Positions 19,323-29,779 of a stretch of DNA of 53,078 bases are shown in pieces. Made by a program: the position numbers and the translations under genes. The stretch covers positions 1-53,078 of the forward strand of contig JAXMOL010000052.1 in assembly GCA_034669905.1 (NCBI GenBank). Reading direction: 5' to 3'. How positions within the stretch are numbered: position 1 is the first letter of the stretch; every line of letters starts with the position of its first letter. Origin of the DNA: Candidatus Hydrogenedentota bacterium. GTDB lineage: Bacteria; Hydrogenedentota; Hydrogenedentia; Hydrogenedentales; JAEUWI01. The notes beneath the pieces are model-generated. The model was not told where the DNA came from. It did not search any database and saw only the letters and a list, made by a program, of their open reading frames with translations.

Positions 19323-20268
19323 GGCCGCGCTCCAGGGCCCGCTGTCGCGTGAGGGTCACAAAGACATCCTCCAGCGTCGCCGGAATGGGCTGCACGGCCG
19401 ACTCGCCGAATTCACCCGTCACCAAGTCCTCTTGCAGACGGCGTTGCGAGCCTTCTTCCGCCAGGACGTGGAGGGCATCGCCAAAAATGGTGGCGTCGCG
19501 GACATAAGGCATGGTGTTGAGGTGGCGCATGGCGAGGGCCACACGGGGTACGCGCACTTCATAGCGCGCCGTCCCTTCGGGGGTTACCTCGGGCAAGGCC
19601 TTGAGTTCGTTGGGCGTGCCGCAGGTGATGAGCTTGGCGTAATAGATATAGCCCAGATGGCTGCACCGCTCCGCTTCGTCCATGTAGTGGGTCGTGACGA
19701 AAAAGGTCACGCCCTGGGCGGAAAGGTCAAAGAGGAGGTTCCACAGGTCGCGCCGGGCCACGGGGTCGATACCCGCCGTGGGCTCATCAAGGAACATGAG
19801 CTTGGGACGGTGCACCAGCGCGCAGGCCAGGGCCAGCCGTTGTTTCCAGCCTCCGGAGAGATTCTGGGCCAGCCGCTTGCGAAAGTCCCCAATACCGACG
19901 ATGTCGATGACTTCTTCGATGCGGTCCTTACGTTCCCGGCGGGGGATGCCATAGATGCCCGCGTAAAAGCGCAGGTTCTCCATGACCGTGAGGTCGGCGT
20001 AGAGGCTGAATTGTTGCGACATATAGCCGATGCTGCGTTTGATGGCCTCGCTGTCTTTGACGAGGTCATTGCCCAACACCGTGCCGCTGCCCGAAGTGGG
20101 GTGGAGGAGGCCACAGAGCATGCGGATGAGGGTGGTCTTGCCCGAGCCATTGGGGCCGAGAAAGCCGAAAATGTCCCCCGCCTCGATGTCCATGCTGACG
20201 CTATCGACGGCCGTCATGGACCCGAAGCGGCGGGTCAGATTATTCACCTGGATGACGCTGTTGCTCAT
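19315..20268 (-). CDS. ABC transporter ATP-binding protein
   Basis: GPNGSGKTT, LSGGWKQR, LDEPTAGID, TTHYMDEAE. Confidence 0.93.
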   Translation of the reverse strand: MSNSVIQVNNLTRRFGSMTAVDSVSMDIEAGDIFGFLGPNGSGKTTLIRMLCGLLHPTSGSGTVLGNDLVKDSEAIKRSIGYMSQQFSLYADLTVMENLRFYAGIYGIPRRERKDRIEEVIDIVGIGDFRKRLAQNLSGGWKQRLALACALVHRPKLMFLDEPTAGIDPVARRDLWNLLFDLSAQGVTFFVTTHYMDEAERCSHLGYIYYAKLITCGTPNELKALPEVTPEGTARYEVRVPRVALAMRHLNTMPYVRDATIFGDALHVLAEEGSQRRLQEDLVTGEFGESAVQPIPATLEDVFVTLTRQRALERGHV

Positions 20269-20270
20269 CC

Positions 20271-21395
20271 TCAGGCCCCGGCGTTTCGAGGGAGTTCGGC
20301 CGTGATGGTCATGCCCGGGCGTAATTTTCCGCCATGGGTATTAAGGCCCAGAGTGACGCCGAAAACCTGCTGCACCCGCTCTTCCTGGGTCTGGAGGTTG
20401 CGCGGCGTGTATTCCCCTTCCGAGGCGATGCGTTTTATGGTGCCGCTGAAGCGCTCTGTCTTGAAGGCATCGGCACCGAAGGTGATTTCCTGCCCAATGC
20501 GGAGCTGGCCGAGCAAGGCGGCCCCCACATAGATGGTGACTTCGAGATCTTCGGGGTCCACCACGCGCACCACGGGTCCCGGACGTACCAGGTCACCGGG
20601 GCGGACATCGAGGGATTCGACCACCCCGTCCTGGGGAGCGATAATCCGCATTTCATCCACGCCAATCCGGGCGCGCTGCTGTTCTGCCAGGGCACCATCC
20701 CGTGCGGCACGGGCGGCGGCGATATCTTCGGGGCGTGCGCCGACCTTTAATTCGGCCAGGGCGGCCTGGGCCTGATCGCGGGCTGCGCGGGCCATGGCAA
20801 TTTCTTCGTTACGCGCCCCACTCAATACCAGGTCACGCTGCTCCCGTGCACCGCGATACTGGGCCTCGGCGGCGTCCAAGGCGGCTTTCGCCTGATCATA
20901 TTGGCGTTGGGAGGCGACCTCTTTGGCCAGCAGGTTTTCAATACGTTCAAATTCTTTGCGGGTGACGGTGCGCTGGGCTTCGGCCGCATCCATGGCAGCC
21001 CGGGCGGCCTGGATTTCTTCATTGCGGGCCCCCTTGAGCGCCATATCCAACTGGGCTTCCGTGACGGCCGCCGCCGCTTCCCCCTGTTGCAGTTGCTCTG
21101 CGGTAGCGCCCGCCTCCAGCTTGGCGAGCAGGGCTTCCTGAGCCGCCACCTGGGCCGTTGCCGCCGCGAGGAGCGCCTGGGCTTCGGCGTCATCCAGTTG
21201 CACTAACACGTCGCCTTTCGCGATGGTGTCGCCCTCTTCCACCGGAACTTCGATTACCCGGCCGCCGACGCGGGACCCGGCCGTCGCCGCACGGGCTTCG
21301 ATGGTGCCGGAAATGGCCACCATGTCAGATTCACTGGGGCAGCCACAGAGCGAGAGGAGGCCCAGCAGGCCACCCAGTAATACAGCGTGTCTCAA
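20271..21395 (-). CDS. HlyD-family membrane fusion protein (YbhG-like)
   Basis: Lipoyl-like VEEGDTIAKGDVL, long coiled coil, EYTPRNLQT.EER. Confidence 0.88.
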   Translation of the reverse strand: MRHAVLLGGLLGLLSLCGCPSESDMVAISGTIEARAATAGSRVGGRVIEVPVEEGDTIAKGDVLVQLDDAEAQALLAAATAQVAAQEALLAKLEAGATAEQLQQGEAAAAVTEAQLDMALKGARNEEIQAARAAMDAAEAQRTVTRKEFERIENLLAKEVASQRQYDQAKAALDAAEAQYRGAREQRDLVLSGARNEEIAMARAARDQAQAALAELKVGARPEDIAAARAARDGALAEQQRARIGVDEMRIIAPQDGVVESLDVRPGDLVRPGPVVRVVDPEDLEVTIYVGAALLGQLRIGQEITFGADAFKTERFSGTIKRIASEGEYTPRNLQTQEERVQQVFGVTLGLNTHGGKLRPGMTITAELPRNAGA

Positions 21396-21460
21396 ATCTT
21401 CCCTTTCGGCGTTACGACGCAGGGTATTTTAAACTCAGTAGGACAGGTGCCCAACCATTG

Positions 21461-22087
21461 TTACACGGGTAGCCCGACAAAAGCCCGACAGGGTGCCCCA
21501 TCCAGGCCATAGAGGGGCATGGGCAATACGGTAAAGGGATAGGTGCCCGCCCCGACGTCGGCCAAGACCAGGCCCTCGACGACAAATACTTCATGTTCCA
21601 GGAGAATGTGATGGGTCGGCCCGGAATCTTTGTAGGGCGCTACCGACAGGTAATCCACGCCGAGTAGCGTCACCCCTTCATCGACCATGCGCTGGGCCGC
21701 GTCAGGCGCCACGGCGACGAATCGCGTGTTAAATGGGCCATTGACCGGGTGAGCGGCATTGTCGGTCTTCAGCAAGAGGCGCGTGGGTAAGGGGGCCGGG
21801 CCGAGGTCATCGGCATGAATCTGATCCCGTCCGCGGAGGTCCAGGACCGTGGCTTCCCCGAAGAAGCGTTGAAAGTCTACCGCATGCAACGGTTTGCCAT
21901 CGTCTTCGAAATGCCACGGCGCGTCGCAGTGGGTGCCCGTGTGGGTGGGCAGGCTGATGGAAGACGTGTTACAACTCGCCCCTTCCGTTATCCGTCGCTC
22001 GGGGGTGACACGCACGGGCGCGTCTCCGGGCCAGACCGTGGTCTGCTCGTGGATGGGGATGCTGACGTCGTGCCAATGGATTTGCAT
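21461..22087 (-). CDS. Cyclase family protein (kynurenine formamidase KynB-like)
   Basis: HTGTHCDAPWHF, LLGVDYLSV, DGAPCRA. Confidence 0.88.
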   Translation of the reverse strand: MQIHWHDVSIPIHEQTTVWPGDAPVRVTPERRITEGASCNTSSISLPTHTGTHCDAPWHFEDDGKPLHAVDFQRFFGEATVLDLRGRDQIHADDLGPAPLPTRLLLKTDNAAHPVNGPFNTRFVAVAPDAAQRMVDEGVTLLGVDYLSVAPYKDSGPTHHILLEHEVFVVEGLVLADVGAGTYPFTVLPMPLYGLDGAPCRAFVGLPV

Positions 22088-22468
22088 GAAATCGAGTTTC
22101 CGAAGGGGGTTGGGCCATCCCGGTAACGGGGAAGACCATAGACAATCGGGGTGCTATTATCGCACAGTCCGGGCTCTGGATGATAAATCGAGCCCGTCCT
22201 GACTCCCAATTTCGGTCGAATTCTGGTATACTTCCGCCGGATGAACGTTGATGGGACGGCCGGAAAACCACGGGTGTGCCATCGTGTATGCCTCGTTTCT
22301 ATCCGTCACCTGGTTCAACTCAACCTTCGTTGCCAATGCCCTTCCTTTTTTCTGAGCAGGTGGGCTGCATCTGCGACGCTATTTCCTTATTGGTCATTTC
22401 CTGCTCGTGAGAGGGGAGCCTTCGGGCGGCCACTCCACACCCTATCGTTGCTTTTTCGGAGATATCCT

Positions 22469-23839
22469 GTGGGCATTCCGCTTCTTACCGACTATAAAAA
22501 ACTTAGTGCGGCCCCCCGCAGCTTCCTCGTATTCAGTGCGTGCAACGTTCTCTCCTGGTATTCCCTGGTCGGCCCCGTGCTCGTATTGTTCGGTCGCAAG
22601 ATTGAAATGCCCGCTTCCTGGATTGGTTTCCTGATTTCCTTTATGCCCCTGTCGATGATTCTCGTGCTGGCGACCATCCCCCTGGTGACACGGCTGGGCC
22701 CGAAAAAGCTCATGATCAGCACGTGGATTATCCGTAACCTGCTCGCAGGCCTCGTGTTCCTGGTGCCCTGGGCCATGCACGCTCACGGCCCTCAGGCGGG
22801 GTGGGTGGTCTTGCTCTTCGCCGTGTTGGGCTTTTGCGTGGTTCGTGCGGCGGGGGTAGGCGGCTGGTTTCCCTGGTTGCATGATGTGGTACCCACGAAA
22901 GAGCAGAGCCGGTTTTTCAGCACGGAAATGGCCCTCGCCCAGTTTTGTATTGTCGTGGTGACCCTGGTGCAGGCCCTCATGTTGCGGGGTGATCCGGGCC
23001 TGGGGCGCTTCCTGTCTATCAATGCCTTTGGTATTGCGGCGGGCCTGCTCAGTGCCTTCTGGCTGGCCCGGGTGCCGGGAGGGCAGGCAACCTACAATCC
23101 CGAAATGCCCATGAGCAGTATGGCCTCCTACGTCACGGCGTGGCGGGATCGTTCCTACCGGTATTTCGTGGCGACCACGGCGCTATGCTTCAGCTGCTTC
23201 GCCTGGATTAATGCCAGCATTGTGCTCTATATGCGCGACGCCCTGGGATTCTCCGATACGCCCATCATGTTCATCATGGCCGGCGGAAATCTCAGCGTGT
23301 TACTCACGGTCCATTCCTGGGGGCGTTTCGCCGACCACAGCGGCACGGGGCATGCCGCCCTTCTGGCCATGATAGGACACTCCGTCGGTGCCATGGCCTA
23401 CCTGTTCCTGCCGCCCGGCGCCCCGTGGTCCGCCTGGCTCCTGCCGCCGACCCTGGTGGCCACCACCCTGCTGGGCGCCGCCTATTGGACCTTGTCCCAC
23501 CGCTATATGATCAGCATCGTGGACAAAGAGCACAAGGTGGGCTATACGAATATCTGGGTGCTGGGAACGGCCATTTCCATGGGGGTAACCCCCATCGTGG
23601 CAGGCTATATCATTGAGCACTTCGGGTTGAACGGGTTTCGGATTAACTTTGCCGTTTCGGGTGTGGTCGGGATCCTGGCGGGTCTGGGAAACTATTGGGT
23701 GGTCCACCATCGGAAACCCCTGCGCCACGCCCTCGACGAACTGGTCAATCCCATCCTGCCCGTCCGCACCCTCGCGCGCATTGCCTGGGTAACCGTCGGA
23801 CTTCACTCCAGCAACAAAATCGAAGACGACGACGCATAG
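22469..23839 (+). CDS. MFS transporter
   Basis: About 12 TM segments, WGRFADH; GTG start at 22469 after GGAGA. Confidence 0.8.
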   Translation: MGIPLLTDYKKLSAAPRSFLVFSACNVLSWYSLVGPVLVLFGRKIEMPASWIGFLISFMPLSMILVLATIPLVTRLGPKKLMISTWIIRNLLAGLVFLVPWAMHAHGPQAGWVVLLFAVLGFCVVRAAGVGGWFPWLHDVVPTKEQSRFFSTEMALAQFCIVVVTLVQALMLRGDPGLGRFLSINAFGIAAGLLSAFWLARVPGGQATYNPEMPMSSMASYVTAWRDRSYRYFVATTALCFSCFAWINASIVLYMRDALGFSDTPIMFIMAGGNLSVLLTVHSWGRFADHSGTGHAALLAMIGHSVGAMAYLFLPPGAPWSAWLLPPTLVATTLLGAAYWTLSHRYMISIVDKEHKVGYTNIWVLGTAISMGVTPIVAGYIIEHFGLNGFRINFAVSGVVGILAGLGNYWVVHHRKPLRHALDELVNPILPVRTLARIAWVTVGLHSSNKIEDDDA

Positions 23840-23986
23840 CGCAGCGGGACGGTATCGTGCCCTACGGTTCCCCGTTGATTGGTCGAAAGAAATACGCAGA
23901 GCGTTTCGACGTATGCACCTTGAGGCCACAAGGGGTCTTATTCGCTATGGGAATACCCACAACGGGCGCGTGTACAAGGTGGTTTC

Positions 23987-24032
23987 CGTGCCACGCGATG
24001 CCGAGTACCGCGAGGCTTCGTGTGCGCGGAGC
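23987..24032 (+). repeat. Solitary REP of the GTGCCACGCGAT family
   Basis: cgtgccacgcgatgccgagtaccgcgaggcttcgtgtgcgcggagc between convergent genes. Confidence 0.8.
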
Positions 24033-24104
24033 ATCAAGGGCGTGCGGCCATAGCAGATGGCTGGAATCGGGCGTCTATCGGCCCCTATGGGATTGGCGCT
24101 CCAT

Positions 24105-25049
24105 CTATTTCCCATAAAACTCCCGGGCGTGTTGCAAGACATCCTCCCTGCCTTCCCAGGGCTTCACAATGAGCCGTGCTTTCATGCCATAGGCTTGGCC
24201 GACCTTCGGGTCGGGTACGATCAACTGGGCATCCCACGCGGGGTTCGTGTCGTCCCCTGCGGGCGTCTTGCCACCGCCGGAAGGCGATTGAGAGAAACGA
24301 ATTCGCCCGCCTTCTTCCGCTTCATAGAGGAAGATGAGCACGTGATCCCGGAATCGCCCGTAATAAAAGGGCACCGAAAAGCGGAGGGGCGACACGCTGG
24401 CGAAAAGATTGGTGGTGGATTTTCCGTCCTCGGTGAAGGGTTCATCATTGGGCCCCAGCACCGTGCTGTTCAGTCCATGTCGTTGGGTGCAGTATTGGAG
24501 CCATTGGGGGGCTTCCAGGGTGGCGCCTTCCTGCAGGAAATAGATGCTCTTGTTGAGCGGCGCATTGATGTAGGATGCCCAGAATACGCCCATGAAACCG
24601 CCCACCCAATTGTCCTTGTGGGGCGTGCACGAGAAGGTCATATCGATATGGCCCTCCGGCGAAACGGTAAAGCGCGTCGTGCTCTCCACCCCCCAGTAGG
24701 GCGTCACGGGTTGATAGAGCTCGGTGGTGTGGGCATCCACCTGGCGAAAGGTCATGGGTTCATTGCGGGGCTCGAAAAAGGTGTGGCCGTCTTCGTTGAT
24801 GCCGGGCCGCAGGTCGAAATAGTGCTCCAGATTCAGTCCCGCATAGGCGGGGACGAAGGGGGAATCTTTCAACGTGGGCGTGGTCAGGGCATAGATCCCG
24901 TTATAGCGATTACGGTGTTCGCCGAGGGCGGCGTTGTCCCCAATGGTGCAGGTGATGGCCGGCGTTTTGTAGCGGTGAAAGTTTTTTCCTTCGACACCGT
25001 CGGCATTCAAAAGGGACAGGGCGGCAACGGTCAACAGGGCGCAATACAT
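24105..25049 (-). CDS. Hypothetical secreted protein (beta-rich, possibly mutarotase-like)
   Basis: GAGG RBS, signal peptide, aromatic-rich sequence; the fold is a guess. Confidence 0.7.
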   Translation of the reverse strand: MYCALLTVAALSLLNADGVEGKNFHRYKTPAITCTIGDNAALGEHRNRYNGIYALTTPTLKDSPFVPAYAGLNLEHYFDLRPGINEDGHTFFEPRNEPMTFRQVDAHTTELYQPVTPYWGVESTTRFTVSPEGHIDMTFSCTPHKDNWVGGFMGVFWASYINAPLNKSIYFLQEGATLEAPQWLQYCTQRHGLNSTVLGPNDEPFTEDGKSTTNLFASVSPLRFSVPFYYGRFRDHVLIFLYEAEEGGRIRFSQSPSGGGKTPAGDDTNPAWDAQLIVPDPKVGQAYGMKARLIVKPWEGREDVLQHAREFYGK

Positions 25050-25069
25050 GGTGGGTTCCTCTCTCCAGC

Positions 25070-25104
25070 AAAACAAACGCGCCCGGCAGGCGGGCCGGGC
25101 GCGT
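25070..25104 (-). terminator. Intrinsic terminator-like hairpin
   Basis: acgcgcccggc-ccgcct-gccgggcgcgt followed by TTGTTTT on the minus strand. Confidence 0.55.
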
Positions 25105-25134
25105 AACAAGTACCAATCAGAAAAAAACGAAGGA

Positions 25135-25953
25135 CTATGCGGTCCAGACCTGGTCCACCGCCTTCTGCCAGTTGGCGAGGCCGATCTTCATGTCGGGGCC
25201 CGGATTCTCGGGGCTGTTCTCATATTCCATCATGAGGGGGCCGGCGAATTTGAGGTCTTTCAACGCCTTGGCGACGGCCACCAGATCGATGTCCCCTTCG
25301 CCGAGAATCTGCTCTTCACCACCGTGGATCCAGTCTTTCAGGTGCAGGGAGTGGACCCGGTCACCCAGGGCAGCCAGCACTTCGTGGGGCTTCTCATTGG
25401 AGCGGATTGCGTGGCCCGTGTCGACACAAGCGCCGATCAGGGGGCTGTGATCCTTGATGGCGTCCAGGGTGTCTTGCACCGTGTTGTAGCGGGCCTTGGG
25501 GCCGTGGTTGTGGATGGCAATCTTGACCTTGTACTCTTCCGTGAGCTTGTCCAGATTATCAAAGGATTCCGGGGCCGGGTCGGCGGTCAGGATCTTGATG
25601 CCCATGGCCTTGGCAAACTCGAACTTCTTCCGATTCGCCGCTTCATCGGTGCCAAAGCTCTCGACGCCATAGCACAGGACCTGGACGCCCGTGTCCTTAA
25701 TGATTTCCTTGACCTTGGCGAGGCCCGGGTCGGTGGCGTCGCAGGGGAAATGGACGCCGCAGAACTCGATGTTGTTCAGGCCGAGTTTCTGCAGTTCCGT
25801 GATGGCGCCGATGGTGTCGAATTTCCGGAAGCTGTAACTCTGGGAGCCCATGCGCCAGGCGGGGCCGGGTTTGGCCACGGCGTGTCCTGCCACGGCCATG
25901 GCAGCGGGGATGGCGGCCATTTGCCCTATAAACTGTCGTCGGGTTGATTTCAT
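25135..25953 (-). CDS. Sugar phosphate isomerase/epimerase (xylose isomerase-like TIM barrel), Tat signal
   Basis: TRRQFI, IAIHNHG, DTGH, LHLKD, MEYE. Confidence 0.88.
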   Translation of the reverse strand: MKSTRRQFIGQMAAIPAAMAVAGHAVAKPGPAWRMGSQSYSFRKFDTIGAITELQKLGLNNIEFCGVHFPCDATDPGLAKVKEIIKDTGVQVLCYGVESFGTDEAANRKKFEFAKAMGIKILTADPAPESFDNLDKLTEEYKVKIAIHNHGPKARYNTVQDTLDAIKDHSPLIGACVDTGHAIRSNEKPHEVLAALGDRVHSLHLKDWIHGGEEQILGEGDIDLVAVAKALKDLKFAGPLMMEYENSPENPGPDMKIGLANWQKAVDQVWTA

Positions 25954-26018
25954 GTGCTGCGCTCTCCTTGGGTAGGGTGTGAGACAGACGGCGCGCCTTG
26001 CTGCGCCATCGTCGTGGT

Positions 26019-27314
26019 TTATTTGTTGAGCTCTTTAATCCGGATATTGCGGAAGGCGACAAAGTGGTCGTGATCCTGCAGGCCGATGAATCCCTCACGG
26101 AGACGATACTTGAGCTCGTCAATGGTGTCCATATCAAAATCGTGGATGAGCTTGCCGTTCAGCGTGGCCTTCATGTGGCTGCCATCCAGGATGATCTCCA
26201 GGCTGTTCCAGGTCATGTTGGGGTTGCTGCCATTGACCCGGGCGGCCTTGACCTTATACACGGCACCGGTGCTGTCGTCGCTGGGTTCCACGCCGTGATC
26301 ACCGTGAATCTGAAATTCCATACCGATCTTAGACTGGCGCGCGTCCCGGGGTGCCCGCAGGAAAATGCCGCTGTTACCGCCTTCCTCAATTTTAAAGTCG
26401 AGGCGGAGGATGAAGTCGCTGTAGCGGTTCCGCGTGAGAATGGCCTTGCCACCGGCTTTTTTGAATTCAAAGTCACCCGCTTCATTGACGATAAAGCTGT
26501 TCATGTCGGGATTCAGCTGCCACCAGCCATCAAAGTCTTTCTTATTGGCCAGGGCAATGAAGCCTTCCTTGCGCTCCGCTTCGGAAAGCACCGAATTGTC
26601 CGGCGTCCATTCCTTCTTCTGCACTTCATTGACGAGTGCGGCTTCCACGGCGTCATAGGCGCTGGAGTCGCTGCCCATGAGGAAGTGGGTGTTCATGTCA
26701 AAATAACCGTGGGGCTTGTTGAGCACCAACACCGGTTCCTTCGCCGGGGGGGCGGGGGTTTCGGTGACCACCTTGACGTGGCCTACTTCCGGTGCAGCCA
26801 CCACCAGCTTCGGGGCGAGTTCACGGAAGAGGGTGGCCCATTTTACGGCATCGGGGCCGTCAAAGTAGTATACCGCGCGCCGCTCGTTCTGGAGGGCCGC
26901 TGCGGCGGTGCGCACGGCGTTCTCACAGAAAACGGGGTCGGTGTGGTCCCCCAGGACGCGCACGATAATGGCCATACGCTGTTCTTTCGCACGGTGACAG
27001 AGCGCGCCCAGACCCGCCACATCGGCCGGATCAATCGCGGTGCCGTCGGCATTAAACCCGGGCAGGTCGGTGCAGGCCGTGTTACCACCGACGTACGCGA
27101 TCTTGGCCAGGGCCGGCGCGGTCTTCGACAACTCATTGCGCCCGGCCGCCAGGTCAGGAACCGTGATGGCCTTCAGGGTAATGTCCCATTTATCCCGCGT
27201 CAGCATCCCATTTTGTATGTGGATATCTTCTTTGCCAATGCCGGGGGTCAGGGTGACACAACCGGTAAGGAGTGGCGTAATCAGACAGACAAAGAGGGGG
27301 AGACGTTTCAACAT
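26019..27314 (-). CDS. DUF1080 (3-keto-disaccharide hydrolase-like) lipoprotein
   Basis: Lipobox LTGC; GNSGIFLR, EFQI, WN.LEI, GFIGLQDH, FRNIRIKEL. Confidence 0.88.
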   Translation of the reverse strand: MLKRLPLFVCLITPLLTGCVTLTPGIGKEDIHIQNGMLTRDKWDITLKAITVPDLAAGRNELSKTAPALAKIAYVGGNTACTDLPGFNADGTAIDPADVAGLGALCHRAKEQRMAIIVRVLGDHTDPVFCENAVRTAAAALQNERRAVYYFDGPDAVKWATLFRELAPKLVVAAPEVGHVKVVTETPAPPAKEPVLVLNKPHGYFDMNTHFLMGSDSSAYDAVEAALVNEVQKKEWTPDNSVLSEAERKEGFIALANKKDFDGWWQLNPDMNSFIVNEAGDFEFKKAGGKAILTRNRYSDFILRLDFKIEEGGNSGIFLRAPRDARQSKIGMEFQIHGDHGVEPSDDSTGAVYKVKAARVNGSNPNMTWNSLEIILDGSHMKATLNGKLIHDFDMDTIDELKYRLREGFIGLQDHDHFVAFRNIRIKELNK

Positions 27315-27486
27315 AGTGGGATTCCTTCCGAGAGAAAAATCAATGAAAGCAATACTCTAGCAGAAATAGTGGCGGACTGCACAACCTCAAATCGGAACCG
27401 ATACCGGTTCGGCATCGGCCCGTCGCAGGAGGTAAGCCATGGGATTAAGCTGGATCCCACCGTAAGCCGTGGTTTAGGCTAGGCCC

Positions 27487-29031
27487 ATGCAGGATTCCGA
27501 AGCAAAGACAATGTCGATAGCCCCCCCCGTGTTGCACCTCGTGCCCCTCGCCATCCTGGTGGCGGCCCTGTGCACCGGTGTGTTTTACGTCGTCGAAGGG
27601 GCCGTAACCGCCTCATCCGCCGAAGTGGCCCTGTCGGTCGGTGTTCTGGGCCTGGGCGCCACCCTCCTCTTTGGGCCATCCCGGTTGATCTTGACCCTGG
27701 TCTTCGTGGGAGCCATTCTTTCCCATCAGTTTCGCTCCCCGATTGTCGTGCCCTTCGCCGGGGTGGAATGGCACCCCCGGGAGTTATTGCTCCTGCTGCT
27801 GCTGGCCCACGTCGTGGTTAAGGTGTGGCAGCGGCGTGTGCGTCTGGATTGGAGCCCTCTGCACCTCGCCCTGTTACTGTACGGGGCGGTTTTCGTCTAT
27901 GCCGCGTGGCGGGGCTTGTGGCTGGGGAACGCCATGGAGTCGGTCATCGCCGAGCTGCGTGCGCCCCTGTTTCTACTGGCCTTCTGGGCCTTCGTCCTCG
28001 GTGTGCGTCGGGATGAGGACCTTTTTTACTACGGCTATTGGGCCCTGTGTGTCGTGACGCTTCTGGCCTTGGCTACCGTGGCCTATGGTGTGTATGCCAC
28101 CTTGGCCGGTCCGTTTCCCAACACGCAGAATGCCCTCGGTGAGTTTGTCCCCCGGGTGGTCGGTGCTACGGTGATCCAATCGGTACGACCCAGTGGGCAC
28201 GCCTGGCTCGAGGCCGGGCTGGTGCTGTGCGTGGGCATGTTTTTCTGCCCCCGAGAACCCTGGTTTCGTCGCACCCTCTATGTCGGCCTGGGACTGTTAT
28301 TTGCTGCGGCTATTGCCTTCGGGATGATGCGTACCGCGCTGGTGTCCGTGGGGGTGAGCGTGCTGGTACTGGCCTGGCTGAATATGCCCCGGGTTCTGAA
28401 GGGGCTCAGCTTGGGGCTGGTGGCCCTGGTGGTGTTTCTTGGTGTGCTCGTGCTGGCGCAGAATGACCTGGCCCGGTGGCTTGTCGGAGATGCCTCTCTG
28501 ACCGCCCGCAGCGTGGAATACACGGGGGCCCTGCAGGCCATGAAAGCCCATTCTTTCTTCGGCGCGGGCTTGGGAGCGTCCTTCGAGGCACTGGGGTTGG
28601 CAACCCCATCCAGCGCCGACAGCGCCATTCCCACGGCCTATGACAGCCTCCACAATTCGTGGCTCTACGTGGCGTGGAAAGGAGGGCTTGTGGGGCTCGC
28701 CGTCCTGGTGCTGGCCCTCGTGGGCCTGCTTTTGTACAGCACCCGGATCACCCGGCAATTGCCCACCATGAACCAACGCTGCTTCGCCCGGGCCCTCCAG
28801 GCGGTGCTCATCGGGCAGCTGGTCGCTTCCTGTACGATGCCCCGTCTGACCTATGCCAATGGGGCACTCTTTCTGGCCCTGTGGACCATGGCCTTTGTCT
28901 TGCTGGAACGGGGCAATGGGGCGCGTGGGCCGCGCGATGACGATCCGCAAAAAGACTGGGGAGAATTCCACGAGGAACATCTTATCGAGCGCCCCCCGGT
29001 CGCCGTGTCACCCACGCTGGAGCAGCTCTAG
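27487..29031 (+). CDS. O-antigen ligase family membrane protein
   Basis: Polytopic membrane protein with RTA, FFGAGLG and LHNSWL...GLVGL (Wzy_C-like). Confidence 0.8.
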   Translation: MQDSEAKTMSIAPPVLHLVPLAILVAALCTGVFYVVEGAVTASSAEVALSVGVLGLGATLLFGPSRLILTLVFVGAILSHQFRSPIVVPFAGVEWHPRELLLLLLLAHVVVKVWQRRVRLDWSPLHLALLLYGAVFVYAAWRGLWLGNAMESVIAELRAPLFLLAFWAFVLGVRRDEDLFYYGYWALCVVTLLALATVAYGVYATLAGPFPNTQNALGEFVPRVVGATVIQSVRPSGHAWLEAGLVLCVGMFFCPREPWFRRTLYVGLGLLFAAAIAFGMMRTALVSVGVSVLVLAWLNMPRVLKGLSLGLVALVVFLGVLVLAQNDLARWLVGDASLTARSVEYTGALQAMKAHSFFGAGLGASFEALGLATPSSADSAIPTAYDSLHNSWLYVAWKGGLVGLAVLVLALVGLLLYSTRITRQLPTMNQRCFARALQAVLIGQLVASCTMPRLTYANGALFLALWTMAFVLLERGNGARGPRDDDPQKDWGEFHEEHLIERPPVAVSPTLEQL

Positions 29032-29642
29032 CGGATGTGGACCCGCCGTCCTTCCACCCGGACGCGCCCTTCGGCGATCATCTGAATGGCTTTGGGGTAA
29101 AGTTTGCGCTCGAGGGCCTGGATCCGTTCGGCCAGCGTATCGGCCGTGTCGTCGTCCTGGACCGGGATGGATTCCTGCATGATGATGGGGCCGTGGTCAT
29201 AGGCGTCATCGACGAAATGCACCGTTGCGCCACTGATCTTGGCACCATACTGCACCACGGCTTCGTGAACGTGGTGACCATACATCCCGTGTCCGCTGAA
29301 GGCAGGGATGAGGGCGGGGTGGACATTGATAATCCGGTTCTCAAAATCCTTGGGGACGACAATGAGAGACATGTATCCGGCGAGTACGACCAAGTCTACG
29401 TTGTGCTCACGGATGAATTCCCAGATGGCCTCACCCCGTGCTGCCGGATCGGGAAAGGCCTTTGACGTGACGGTCTTTGTGGGGATGCCATGTTGGGCTG
29501 CACGTTCCAGGCCGTAGGCACTGCTGCGAGAGGACACCACACAGACGACCTCGGCATCCAACGTACCTGCGGCGCCCTGGTCGAGGATATTCTGGAGTGT
29601 GGTGCCACTTCCGGACAGCAATACGGCAAGGCGCAGCTTCAT
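29028..29642 (-). CDS. purN: Phosphoribosylglycinamide formyltransferase
   Basis: LSGSGTTLQ, LAGYM, INVHPALIP, GATVHFVD..YDHGPII. Confidence 0.96.
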   Translation of the reverse strand: MKLRLAVLLSGSGTTLQNILDQGAAGTLDAEVVCVVSSRSSAYGLERAAQHGIPTKTVTSKAFPDPAARGEAIWEFIREHNVDLVVLAGYMSLIVVPKDFENRIINVHPALIPAFSGHGMYGHHVHEAVVQYGAKISGATVHFVDDAYDHGPIIMQESIPVQDDDTADTLAERIQALERKLYPKAIQMIAEGRVRVEGRRVHIR

Positions 29643-29779
29643 AGGGATCTCCTGGGAACCCGAAGGGCCCCGTTTTCGGTATGCGTTCGGCAGGGACGGC
29701 CAGGAATCTTGGCGTTCCCCGCGTCATGGGGTCTTATTGTAGCAAATCAGAATACACCGGCTCACGAAGGACGGGTGTT

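Noticed and set aside
29028..29031. Convergent overlap of the O-antigen ligase and purN stops on CTAG
   Set aside because: A common 4-nt overlap with no further implication.
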